The position numbers and the translations under genes are program-made. The notes beneath the pieces are model-generated. The model ran no database searches. It had not been told where the DNA came from and was given only the letters and a program-made list of their open reading frames with translations. A DNA stretch of 64,000 nt from contig OZ241877.1 in NCBI GenBank assembly GCA_965203095.1, positions 576,001 through 640,000 on the forward strand, given 5' to 3'. Source of the DNA: Bdellovibrionales bacterium. GTDB lineage: Bacteria; Bdellovibrionota; Bdellovibrionia; Bdellovibrionales; UBA1609. The number at the start of each line of letters is the position of its first letter. The first letter of the stretch is position 1. Positions 28,561-37,877 of this stretch are shown here, in pieces.

Positions 28561-29144
28561 AATTAATGAGGCAACAGAAGAAGACAGAAATGTCTGGCAG
28601 ATCCTTTTTTTTGTTGATGAGGATCATAAAGTTTCAAAAATTGTTGTCCATAAAAACTGTTGCTATTAAATGTATGGTTGCAGGATATGAGGGCATTTGT
28701 GAGGGTTTTTGGTATGAGGGAAAAAATAAGATCAATCCTGACCACAAACCAGCTCTATGTCCTCTATTCGGAAATGGAAGATGAGGACTTTAAAGTAAGC
28801 CAAGAGGACAAACATTTAAACCAACTTTTTTATACAGAGAATTGAAACTGTCCAGAAAACTCTGAACTTGTTATTATGACTTGTTTTTAAGTTTCTTGAT
28901 TTCTCGAATAGGCAGACCCGTCACTTTAGAGATGAAAGAAAAATCAGCTTTTTCCTTCAACATATTCAAAATAAGCTCTTTATCTCTTTCCAGCCGACCT
29001 TCCCACCGGCCTTCCCACCGAATTTCCTCTTTTATGTCCATATAGCCTCCTTTCTTTAATAAAACTTTCTTAATAGCTTCTTTCTCCAACCTAAAAATAG
29101 TATAGAATGCTTTTTGTGGAAAAGCAAGCTTGTGAATAGTGCTA
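28561..29144. repeat. Internally deleted miniature copy of 33059-37606
   Basis: 28561-28701 is identical to 33059-33199; 28746-29090 matches 36549-36905; 29093-29144 resembles 37556-37606. Confidence 0.9.
28874..29041 (-). CDS. Stand-alone RpnS-like small protein (55 aa, Rpn C-terminal module)
   Basis: AGGAGG RBS then ATG; MDIKEEIRWEGRWEGRLER...ISKVTGLPIREIKKL. Confidence 0.6.
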   Translation of the reverse strand: MDIKEEIRWEGRWEGRLERDKELILNMLKEKADFSFISKVTGLPIREIKKLKNKS

Positions 29145-29148
29145 TACT

Positions 29149-29202
29149 GATTTTATTTGAAAATTCCTGCTTTCTGAACTCTGTTTTGACCGGAAATTTC
29201 AA
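29149..29202 (+). repeat. Dispersed ~55-bp intergenic repeat (copy 2)
   Basis: GATTTTATTTGAAAATTCCTGCTTTCTGAACTCTGTTTTGACCGGAAATTTCAA. Confidence 0.75.
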
Positions 29203-29214
29203 CTGTGATCAATT

Positions 29215-29509
29215 AAGCTATGGCAGAGCTTTATCAAACCAGTATTCCCAATATCAACATTCATATCCAAAATATCTGTAATGAGGGGGAGTTAAGGCTG
29301 AAGGCAACTGTCAAGGAATTCTTGACAGTTCAAAAAGAAGGCTCAAGAACAGTAAAACGCTCTCAAGATTTTTACAATTTGGATATGATCCTCTTTGTGG
29401 GATGTCGCATCAAATCCCACACAGCGACCCGTTTTCGGCAATGGGCCACAGTGCGACTGAGGGAATATATCGTCAAAGGCTTTCTTTTAGACGATGAAAG
29501 GCTTAAAAA
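29215..29509 (+). pseudogene. rhuM fragment (N-terminal region, divergent allele)
   Basis: MAELYQTS...YNLDMIL...RQWATVRLREYIVKGFLLDDERLK, after which homology stops. Confidence 0.85.
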
Positions 29510-29550
29510 AACCTTAGCTTATTGCTATATTTTTTATTGTATTCGTCAAA

Positions 29551-30396
29551 ATGACGAGTATGATAAAAAATATGACAAGAAAAATCTCTATGTTAGGGCC
29601 AATGGAAATCCAGTTTTTTGCATGGATTCAACTGGAAAAAAAGAGGCATGTCCGGACCAGTGACCTTGTGAAAGCCATGAATCTTTCCACCAAGCAATCC
29701 GCAGATCTGCTTTATAATCTGTCTTCCAGTGGTTTTATTGTAAAACTCCAGAGAGGTTTTTATCTCGTGCCTCAGAAAATTCCCTCTGGTGGATGCTGGT
29801 CGCCATCTCCTTATTTAATTATCAATAAATATATGGAAAATGCGGGCACAAAAAAGTTTTATGTCAGCGGGCCAGCCATATTTAATCTATATGGGTATTC
29901 TGATCAAGTTTCCTCTTGGTTTACTGTGTATAACAATAAATTCTCCAAAAAGCTGTATATACTTCAGTATCATTTGGATTTTGTGAAGGTTGTTTCAAGC
30001 CGTCTGGGGATTGTGCGAAAAATCAAGTCCTATGACGATATGGGAGGAGTTATTTGGACAGCTTGCGGTTCTCCTGAGCAGACTTTACTTGATGCTGTTT
30101 ATGATTATAAAAAATACGGAACTTTGCCCAAAGCTTATGACTGGATATCCAACGCCTTGAAAGACAAAAAAATCAATCCGACAAAAATGGCCACTGCAAC
30201 GGTTAAATACGGCAACACAATAAGCCAAAAGCGGATTGGCTGGGTTTTAGACAAATTGGTCTCTGAAAAAAAGATTGTTAAGCCTTTGTGGGAAAAGGTA
30301 TCCAGATCAAATTTTTTAACAGCACTTGATCCAAAAAACAGAAGAGGCATTGTAAATAAAAAATGGGCTGTGATTGAAAATGTCAAATTTTCATAA
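29551..30396 (+). CDS. Type IV toxin-antitoxin antitoxin, AbiEi family
   Basis: N-terminal wHTH, LQRGFYL, YVSG..IFNLYG, SPEQTLLD, KRIGWVLD; overlaps the toxin gene. Confidence 0.8.
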   Translation: MTSMIKNMTRKISMLGPMEIQFFAWIQLEKKRHVRTSDLVKAMNLSTKQSADLLYNLSSSGFIVKLQRGFYLVPQKIPSGGCWSPSPYLIINKYMENAGTKKFYVSGPAIFNLYGYSDQVSSWFTVYNNKFSKKLYILQYHLDFVKVVSSRLGIVRKIKSYDDMGGVIWTACGSPEQTLLDAVYDYKKYGTLPKAYDWISNALKDKKINPTKMATATVKYGNTISQKRIGWVLDKLVSEKKIVKPLWEKVSRSNFLTALDPKNRRGIVNKKWAVIENVKFS

Positions 30397-31255
30397 ACAA
30401 AAAGAAAAATTTTTAAGAGCTGTCAGAGCAACTGCTGGTATTACCGGATTTTCAGAGGAATTGATAGAAAAAGATTATTATTGCTCTCTTATTCTTAAAG
30501 AGATTTTTCAATCAAGGAACTATATATTGGTTTTTAAAGGTGGGACTCTTCTTAATAAGGCTCATGTTGGATTTTATAGATTAAGCGAAGATTTAGATTT
30601 TTCCATTTCAGCTGAAAGGGGACTTTCCAGAAAAAAAAGAAGTGTTTTAGCCCAAATTGCTAAAAAATCTATAGTTTTAGCTGTTGAAAGTTTATCTTTA
30701 GTTTTTTTAAAACCATTTGAAGGGCGAAACGAAAACCGTTTGTATATTGCTGAAGTGGAATATAACTCTTTAATTTCTGAAAACAAAAAAACAATTAAAG
30801 TCGAGTTTGGAGTTCAGGAAAAAGTATGGGAAAGAGAGAGTTTAATGGCAAAAACTCTCCTTGTGGATTCTATTGTGCAAAAGCCAATTGTTCCGAAATT
30901 TCTTATAACCGGCTTAAGTCTTAAAGAAGCTTATAGTGAAAAAATCAGAGCGGCACTGTCCCGGGAAAAACCAGCCATAAGGGACATTTTTGATATTCAT
31001 TATGCTTTAAAAAAGCGTCTTATAGAAACTAAAGGGTTTATCAAAATTCATGACATTTCCCCGATGGTTAAATACAAATTGAAGGTTTTAAACCGGAAAA
31101 TAGACTTATCTTCCAAGAGAAAAAAGGAATTTTTAGGTCAGCTACAAACAGATTTAAAACCGGTTTTACGTCGGAAAGACTTTGAAGATTTTGATTTTGA
31201 TCAGGCATGGAACTGGTTGAAAAAACTTGAACATGCTATATCCATGTCGTTATAA
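30380..31255 (+). CDS. AbiEii/AbiGii nucleotidyltransferase toxin
   Basis: IEKDYY, FKGGTLL.K, RLSEDLDF, EKIRA, RDIFD. Confidence 0.88.
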   Translation: MSNFHKQKEKFLRAVRATAGITGFSEELIEKDYYCSLILKEIFQSRNYILVFKGGTLLNKAHVGFYRLSEDLDFSISAERGLSRKKRSVLAQIAKKSIVLAVESLSLVFLKPFEGRNENRLYIAEVEYNSLISENKKTIKVEFGVQEKVWERESLMAKTLLVDSIVQKPIVPKFLITGLSLKEAYSEKIRAALSREKPAIRDIFDIHYALKKRLIETKGFIKIHDISPMVKYKLKVLNRKIDLSSKRKKEFLGQLQTDLKPVLRRKDFEDFDFDQAWNWLKKLEHAISMSL

Positions 31256-31404
31256 TATACTATTAATGGATGAGTTTTTCAGGTTTTGTTTTCATTTATG
31301 GAGTATAAAAGACAAGATAATTTATATCAAAAAAAGGTTGATAGGATTTGGTAATGAGATTAAATTGATATTAGATGCCACTTTTAGGAGGTCAATCTAA
31401 GAAC

Positions 31405-31944
31405 ATGAACCAAACTATTCTTATTTTATTTGGATTTACATTCATTATAAGTTGTTCTAGTTTAGATCATCAAACGAGTTCAGGAGATAAAGAAGCTTCA
31501 TGTATTACATTGAAACCTCATTTCAGTTGTCCTTTAGAACCATTAAAAGATATAGGAATATTTGTCCGTCAGTTCGAACGAATAAAACATAAATACGAAC
31601 TATCTTTAATTGACGGTTCTACATATAATTTAATTTCAAAATTGCAAGTCCTGTATAAAGAATTAAACCAACAGGCAGAAGTTTTTGATTATAATTTGCA
31701 AATCATAACCGCCAAGGTTGATAACTATAATAATATATGGGCACGAAATCCTAGGGAAGGAAATTGGCTTAGAATCAAAATAATAGAATATCAGAACTAT
31801 GCCCCAAGATTTAAAGATATGAAACATAACCTATCAATGCTCATTGAAAAACTAAAAGCTATTAAAAAGCACTCAAACAAATGGAAATCCCAAAAAGAAA
31901 AAGGAGACAAAACATTAAAGGCATTAAAAGTTTATAGTATTTAA
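31405..31944 (+). CDS. Hypothetical lipoprotein
   Basis: AGGAGG upstream; lipobox IISC; helical, AT-rich coding sequence. Confidence 0.6.
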   Translation: MNQTILILFGFTFIISCSSLDHQTSSGDKEASCITLKPHFSCPLEPLKDIGIFVRQFERIKHKYELSLIDGSTYNLISKLQVLYKELNQQAEVFDYNLQIITAKVDNYNNIWARNPREGNWLRIKIIEYQNYAPRFKDMKHNLSMLIEKLKAIKKHSNKWKSQKEKGDKTLKALKVYSI

Positions 31945-32025
31945 TTAAGATATAGCAAAGCTTTGTGCCTCCTTGGTTAAAGAGGATTTTTGCCAAAAAC
32001 ATAACTTAAAGCACAATAAATAAGT

Positions 32026-32751
32026 ATGGCATTAAAAATAAATGGTAATACACATTTTTTCATATATTTTATGACTCTCACCATGTGTTTTGGCCTTCAG
32101 CCTCTATCTTTAGCGGATGACTGCCAGAAATGGTTCGAACAACAAAGCTTAAAAAAAGGAGGGGATTGTCAAATTGAATGTTCTATTGCAGAAACAGATA
32201 TGGGGACTTTCCATTGTCCTGAACAATGTGTAAAACTTTGCAAAAAAAAGCCAAAAGAGCAAATTTATTTGGCTCTTTCCAGATTTTACCCTACACTGAC
32301 TCCAGCGGAGCGTGACCTTGTGGCTAAGTATCCAAAAGAAATGTTACGGGCCTATAAAATAAATTGGGAAGCTGAAAACCTATGCTCAACTCTTTTTAAG
32401 GAAAGTATAGCAAATGATGATAGTGATGCTTGCCGGCATTTTGTTGGAGCGGCACTTCTATATAAAAAATTTGGCCGGAAGCTCAGTCAGACCATCTTGG
32501 ATGCTCATGAAAAAAACCCAAGACAACCTTCCGCTGAAAAACTAATGGACAAGGCGAATAATCATTTAGGACTAATAACAGCCACACAACTTAAAAAGAA
32601 AAATAAATTAAATAAGAAGGAAATTTTAAAATCTTTTCAAGAGAATTTAAAGGCTGGAAACTTTGTAATTCTTAATCCGGGAGCAAAAAAAACATCTTTA
32701 AAAGACAAAAAGAAATATAAAAAGTCCAAAGAACAAAAGGAGGTAAAATGA
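32026..32751 (+). CDS. Secreted protein with a DUF6973-like 'DAxRH...AHE...MD..NN..G' domain
   Basis: Signal peptide, Cys-rich N-terminus, SDACRHF / LDAHE / MDKANNHLG. Confidence 0.6.
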   Translation: MALKINGNTHFFIYFMTLTMCFGLQPLSLADDCQKWFEQQSLKKGGDCQIECSIAETDMGTFHCPEQCVKLCKKKPKEQIYLALSRFYPTLTPAERDLVAKYPKEMLRAYKINWEAENLCSTLFKESIANDDSDACRHFVGAALLYKKFGRKLSQTILDAHEKNPRQPSAEKLMDKANNHLGLITATQLKKKNKLNKKEILKSFQENLKAGNFVILNPGAKKTSLKDKKKYKKSKEQKEVK

Positions 32752-33167
32752 AAAAAATATTTTTAATCTCAGGAGTCTTTATTGTTTTCTGTATCGCTCT
32801 TATTTATGCTGTAGCAAAAATATATTTGCGACCAATGGAGTATATGAGCCTCAAAAAAGTCTGTCGCCGATGGGGAGATCGGCCTTTTGATGAGGCAAAG
32901 TTCAAAACAGCTGTTGAAAATAGAACCATCCGAGCAAAAATGACCTGCTCTCTTTTAAAAAATCAAAAAATGTATATTGGATTGGACAGCCTTGAAATAA
33001 GAGAAAGGCTTGGAGATTACTCCGGATATTTTTTCAGTGAGTCCTTTCCGGCTTATATAATTAATGAGGCAACAGAAGAAGACAGAAATGTCTGGCAGAT
33101 CCTTTTTTTTGTTGATGAGGATCATAAAGTTTCAAAAATTGTTGTCCATAAAAACTGTTGCTATTAA
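32748..33167 (+). CDS. Membrane-anchored hypothetical protein
   Basis: AAGGAGG RBS; ATGA overlap with the upstream gene; N-terminal TM helix. Confidence 0.7.
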   Translation: MKKIFLISGVFIVFCIALIYAVAKIYLRPMEYMSLKKVCRRWGDRPFDEAKFKTAVENRTIRAKMTCSLLKNQKMYIGLDSLEIRERLGDYSGYFFSESFPAYIINEATEEDRNVWQILFFVDEDHKVSKIVVHKNCCY

Positions 33168-33290
33168 ATGTATGGTTGCAGGATATGAGGGCATTTGTGG
33201 ATGTTTTTGATCTTGTGTTAATTTGAAAGGATAAAAAAATATGAGTAAAAATTTTTTATAAAAAAGTTAGAAAGGAGCAGTTAAAAAACA

Positions 33291-34382
33291 ATGACAAAAA
33301 AATCTTTTTCGGGAAAAGTTTTAGAAAAATCTAAAGGTCAGATCCTCATCTATCAAACAGAAGGAGGGCAAACCAAGCTGGAGGTCCGGTTAGAGGGGGA
33401 TACTGTTTGGCTCACTCAAAAAGCTATGGCAGAGCTTTATCAAACCAGCAAGCAGAATATCAGCCTCCATATCCAAAATATCTGTAATGAAGGGGAGTTA
33501 TCTGAAAATTCAGTTGTCAAGGATTTTTTGACAACTGCCACAGACGGCAAAAATTATCGGATAAAATTCTACAACTTGGATATGATCCTCTCTGTGGGAT
33601 ACCGCATCAAATCCCACACAGCGACCCGTTTTCGGCAATGGGCCACAGTGCGACTGAGGGAATATATCGTCAAAGGCTTTCTTTTAGACGATGAAAGGCT
33701 TAAAAACCCCCACCAAACTTTTGATTATTTTGAAGAGCTACTTCATCGCATTCAGGACATCAGAACCTCCGAACGGCGGTTTTACCAAAAAATTACTGAT
33801 ATTTACGCCACCAGTGCCGATTATGACCCCACGGAAAAGATAAGCCTTACTTTCTTCAAGACTGTTCAAAACAAACTGCATTGGGCCATCACTGGCCGGA
33901 CTGCGGCTGAAATTGTCCACCAAAGGGCCGACAGCAAAAAAGCCAATATGGGTCTTACCAGTTGGAGGGGCGAAAAAATCCGAAAGGCAGATGTAGGCAT
34001 TGCAAAAAATTATCTTAATGAAAAAGAGCTGAAAGCTTTAAACAACTTGGTTGAGCAATATCTTTTGTTTGCTGAAGGGCAGGCTATGAGACGAAAGCCT
34101 ATGTTCATGAAAGACTGGGTTAAAAAATTAGATAGCTTTCTTCAAGTGAATGAAAGGGATATTTTAAGCCATGCGGGAAAAATCGCCCATGAGACAGCCC
34201 AAACCTTTGCGAGAAAAGAATATGACAAATTTCAAATCAAAAGGATAAAAGCAGATGATAAAAAGAAAAGTGATTTTGACAAATTTACTAAAAAAATATC
34301 AGCTCAAAAATCAAAAAGAATCCCAAGCAGGACCTTTGCCGGAAATCCTAAGAGCCGTCAAAAAAAGAACAAACGGAAATAA
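33291..34382 (+). CDS. rhuM: RhuM-family DNA-binding protein
   Basis: TVWLTQKAMAELY, YNLDMILSVGYRIKS, FRQWAT.RLREY..KGF, RTSERRFYQKITDIYA. Confidence 0.88.
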   Translation: MTKKSFSGKVLEKSKGQILIYQTEGGQTKLEVRLEGDTVWLTQKAMAELYQTSKQNISLHIQNICNEGELSENSVVKDFLTTATDGKNYRIKFYNLDMILSVGYRIKSHTATRFRQWATVRLREYIVKGFLLDDERLKNPHQTFDYFEELLHRIQDIRTSERRFYQKITDIYATSADYDPTEKISLTFFKTVQNKLHWAITGRTAAEIVHQRADSKKANMGLTSWRGEKIRKADVGIAKNYLNEKELKALNNLVEQYLLFAEGQAMRRKPMFMKDWVKKLDSFLQVNERDILSHAGKIAHETAQTFARKEYDKFQIKRIKADDKKKSDFDKFTKKISAQKSKRIPSRTFAGNPKSRQKKNKRK

Positions 34383-34536
34383 AAGACCAGACTTTTTATA
34401 GGGCTTAGGAGGTTTTATTGTGACAATTTTAACCAGCTTTGTTATGAGAAAAGGCTCAATAAAAACAATGCAAAAGGCCAGTTTTGACACACAAACAGGT
34501 ATGGCATTATAAGGAGGGCTAAACTGGCAAAAAAAT

Positions 34537-36648
34537 ATGAGTAAAAATTTTGACAAAAAATTGATTGAGCTGTTGGAAACAGATCCAAGTTTTACAGATC
34601 AAAACGGGAAGTTGATTAAGAGGATTGTCATTGATAAGGCTTGGAGGACAGATAAGCAATTGGTCCGGCTTTTGCTTTCTGATACAGAAGTCAAAGCAAA
34701 GTTTTTTGATAAAATTGCCGGGCACTATGTTTTTAACATCAATACTTTGATTGATTATATTTCCAATAAAAAATTTTTAGGCAACTCCTATACTCGTTTT
34801 AGAAATAAAATTGGCCTGAACATTGACGGGAAATTCCTAAAAGAGCGGGGCGAAGTCTCCCTTGTTTGGCCCTATAAAGACTGTGTGTTAGAAGGAGGGC
34901 AAACCAAAGAGGAAGAGACACGAAAAGAAATCTTTTTTAATGAGATTTTAGCCCATGATGAAATCAACAGGCTTTTTGATCCGAAAGTTCTTACCAACTG
35001 GAAAAGGCATACAGTTAAAGGAACGGAGCCAGTATCAAAAATAAAAAGAGACAAAAACGGAACTCTCCGGGAAAATTTTATTGTTAAGGGAAACAACCTT
35101 TTGGCCCTTCATACCCTGAAACAACAGTTTCAAGGAAAAGTAAAACTTGTTTATATGGATCCGCCCTTTAATACAAAAGGAGATGCCAATACATTTTTAT
35201 ACAATAATAACTTCAATCATTCCGGCTGGCTTACTTTTATGAAGAATAGGCTTGAAGTTGCAAGAAAGTTGCTTTCTGAAAATGGAATCGCAGTTATAGC
35301 AATCGATCATGCAGAACTATTTTATATCGGAGTTTTAGCAGATGAGATTTTTTCAAGAAAAAATAGAATTGGCATTATCTCTGTTCAAACAAATCCCGGT
35401 GGCAGAAGTGACGCAGAGTTTTTTGCTACATCCTCTGAGTTTTTCTTAGTATATGCTAAGGAAAGGGAGATAGCATCCATCAATCTTTTACCTCTAACAG
35501 AAGAGCAAAAAGCTGTTTTTAAATTCAAAGATGATTTTTCTCCCTACAGATGGTGTCCATTTCGGAGAGGTGGTTCTAACTCCACCCCGGCAGACAGGCC
35601 CAATTTATTTTACTCCATTTTTTACAATGAGAAAACTGGTTATATCGGCCTTGAAAAAACAAAAGAGTCAGAAAAAATTATTCCATTGGACTCTAATGGT
35701 GTTAAACGAGTATGGCGTCAGTCTAAAGAGAGATTTATGGAGGCAGTAGCAAAAGAAGATATAAGAATAAAAAAGGGGCCGAGAGGCTATATTGTTGATT
35801 TAAAGGACAGGATCAAAAAGGGGCGAAAGCCAAAAACAATTTGGATAGATCCCTCTTACGACGCCTCTTCTCACGGGACAAGAATTTTAAAAAATATATT
35901 TCAAAAAAATAATATTTTTAGTTATCCAAAATCAAAACATTTGATGAAAGACATTATTAAAATCACAACTGAAAAAAATGCTTTGATTTTGGATTTTTTT
36001 GCTGGTTCTGGAACAACGGCGTCAGCTGTTTTAGAATTAAACCAAGAGGATAAAGGAAGTAGAAAGTTTATCCTCTGCGAACAAATGGATTATATAAATA
36101 AAGTCACAGTCCCCAGAGTTTGCCATGTGGCAAAACAAAATCTTAAAGAAGATTTTATTTATTGTGAGCTGATGAAATATAATGAAGTTTTTATGGATAA
36201 GATACAAATGGCAAAATCTTCAAAGGAGTTGGTGAAACTTTGGAAGGATATTTCTAAAAACTCTTTTCTCAACTGGTATGTAAATCCTGAAGTCCCGGAA
36301 GATGCCTTAAATGATTTTGTAAAAATCGGGGAGGAGGATTTTTCCCGGAACCAGAACCAACACAAATCCGGAGAATCCAAAACAAATACTTCCGGCAAGA
36401 CCAATGGTCTAAAAGCAGGCACAAAGCAAAAGAAACCGGAAGAGTGGAAAAACCAGAAGTATATAGAAAAAACTTTTGGAGCCGTTTTGGAAAAAAACAA
36501 AACCGGTTTGGAAAGACAAAAAAATCTTTTAGCAGAGCTATTGAACAAAAACCAACTCTATGTCCTCTATTCAGAAATTGATGACAAAGATTTTAAAGTG
36601 AGCCAGGAGGACAAACATTTAAACCAACTCTTTTATGGAGAGAATTGA
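34537..36648 (+). CDS. Type III-like DNA methyltransferase (Mod), no adjacent Res
   Basis: V.LVWPYKDCVLEGGQ, KGNNLLAL, catalytic DPPF before SAM motif LDFFAGSGTT, and LNKNQLYV tail. Confidence 0.88.
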   Translation: MSKNFDKKLIELLETDPSFTDQNGKLIKRIVIDKAWRTDKQLVRLLLSDTEVKAKFFDKIAGHYVFNINTLIDYISNKKFLGNSYTRFRNKIGLNIDGKFLKERGEVSLVWPYKDCVLEGGQTKEEETRKEIFFNEILAHDEINRLFDPKVLTNWKRHTVKGTEPVSKIKRDKNGTLRENFIVKGNNLLALHTLKQQFQGKVKLVYMDPPFNTKGDANTFLYNNNFNHSGWLTFMKNRLEVARKLLSENGIAVIAIDHAELFYIGVLADEIFSRKNRIGIISVQTNPGGRSDAEFFATSSEFFLVYAKEREIASINLLPLTEEQKAVFKFKDDFSPYRWCPFRRGGSNSTPADRPNLFYSIFYNEKTGYIGLEKTKESEKIIPLDSNGVKRVWRQSKERFMEAVAKEDIRIKKGPRGYIVDLKDRIKKGRKPKTIWIDPSYDASSHGTRILKNIFQKNNIFSYPKSKHLMKDIIKITTEKNALILDFFAGSGTTASAVLELNQEDKGSRKFILCEQMDYINKVTVPRVCHVAKQNLKEDFIYCELMKYNEVFMDKIQMAKSSKELVKLWKDISKNSFLNWYVNPEVPEDALNDFVKIGEEDFSRNQNQHKSGESKTNTSGKTNGLKAGTKQKKPEEWKNQKYIEKTFGAVLEKNKTGLERQKNLLAELLNKNQLYVLYSEIDDKDFKVSQEDKHLNQLFYGEN

Positions 36649-36676
36649 AACTGTCCAAAAAACTCTGAACTTGTTG

Positions 36677-36856
36677 TTATGACTTGTTTTTAAGTTTCTT
36701 GATTTCTCGAATAGGCAGACCCGTCACTTTAGAGATGAAAGAAAAATCAGCTTTTTCCTTCAACATATTCAAAATAAGCTCTTTATCTCTTTCCAGCCGA
36801 CCTTCTTGACGACCTTCCCACCGGCCTTCCAGCCGAATTTCCTCTTTTATATCCAT
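36677..36856 (-). CDS. Intragenic RpnS-like small protein (59 aa)
   Basis: Internal AGGAGG RBS then in-frame ATG (KKGGY-M); EGR repeats and a C-terminal HTH-like tail. Confidence 0.65.
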   Translation of the reverse strand: MDIKEEIRLEGRWEGRQEGRLERDKELILNMLKEKADFSFISKVTGLPIREIKKLKNKS

Positions 36857-37520
36857 ATAGCCTCCTTTCTTTAATAAAGCTTTCTTAATAGCTTCTTCCT
36901 CCAACTTGTTCCAAAGTTTAAAACTCACCCCCGCCGACCTCAAATACTTGGCCACAGCCAATATCCACTCATCACGCTTAAAAACCCTAAAAAAAGCAAA
37001 CAATACCTCCCGCAACTCCCCCTCATTATCCTTTAAAAACCACACACGGTCCAACAACTGCAAAACCCGACCCGTCTTAAAACTCCGATCATCAAAAACC
37101 CTCTGAACCCTCTTATCCCCTGTATTCAATAAGCTCAAACCATAATTTAACATGTTTTTTCTAAAAGATCGAGGAATTTTTAAAAAAAACTCTCCTAAAA
37201 CAGCCTCCTGAAAAGACAACTTCCAACTCCAAGGGACTTTTCCGTGATAAAACAAAACAGGGATTACCGCTATCCTCTGTTGAGATTGCTCGTAGAGCTT
37301 TGTCTGATACCTTAAAACCTGCTTAAAGAGATTTTTGTCATATTTGGACTTGTGCTCAAACAGGACGACTATCCTGATCTGGCTTTTAGGAAAGTTTTTT
37401 AGGGGAAAGGACAGAACCAAGTCCATTTGCTTATCTTTTAAAGAATTTGTCGTGGTGGTTTCCGGGTTTTAATACTGAAAATTTCTCAAGTTCTTTTTTA
37501 GTTTCAGTTTTTATTGGCAT
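36677..37520 (-). pseudogene. Rpn (YhgA-like) PD-(D/E)XK nuclease, frameshifted by an internal deletion
   Basis: AAGGAG + ATG(37520) encodes MPIK...HHDKFFKR*; the rest (MDLV...LFEHKS...PVLFYHG) is in another frame and the usual intervening segment is missing. Confidence 0.8.
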
Positions 37521-37622
37521 GTTGCTCCTTTTTGTTGATTTAGCTGAAAGTTCAAAAAAATAGTATAGAATGGTTTTTATAAAAAAGCAAGCTATGGGTA
37601 GTGCTAATTTAAGGTCTGCTTT

Positions 37623-37706
37623 TCAAATCCCATACAGCGACCCATTTCGGCAATGGGCCACAGTGCGACTGAGGGAATATATCGTCTATATCGTTAAAGG
37701 CTTTCT
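37623..37706 (+). pseudogene. Short rhuM fragment
   Basis: Matches 33607-33682, with a 1-bp loss and a 9-bp TATATCGTC/T duplication. Confidence 0.8.
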
Positions 37707-37877
37707 GTTAAAGCTTGACATAGTGGTTATGCAAATCTAAACTGACTTTAGCTAAAAATGAATGAGTGGCTTATGGAGCACTGCGTCAAACCCTTAAAAC
37801 TACTCATTTTTGGGAAAGATTTGTAAAAAATTGAGAAAAAAATACTTATCGAGAAACTGTTTACAAGAATATAAACC

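Noticed and set aside
28566..28845. ORFs of 72 and 61 aa
   Set aside because: Chimeric read-throughs of duplicated gene ends
26952..34382. rhuM or mod duplicates as a diversity-generating retroelement TR/VR pair
   Set aside because: Mismatches are not adenine-specific and there is no reverse transcriptase in the window
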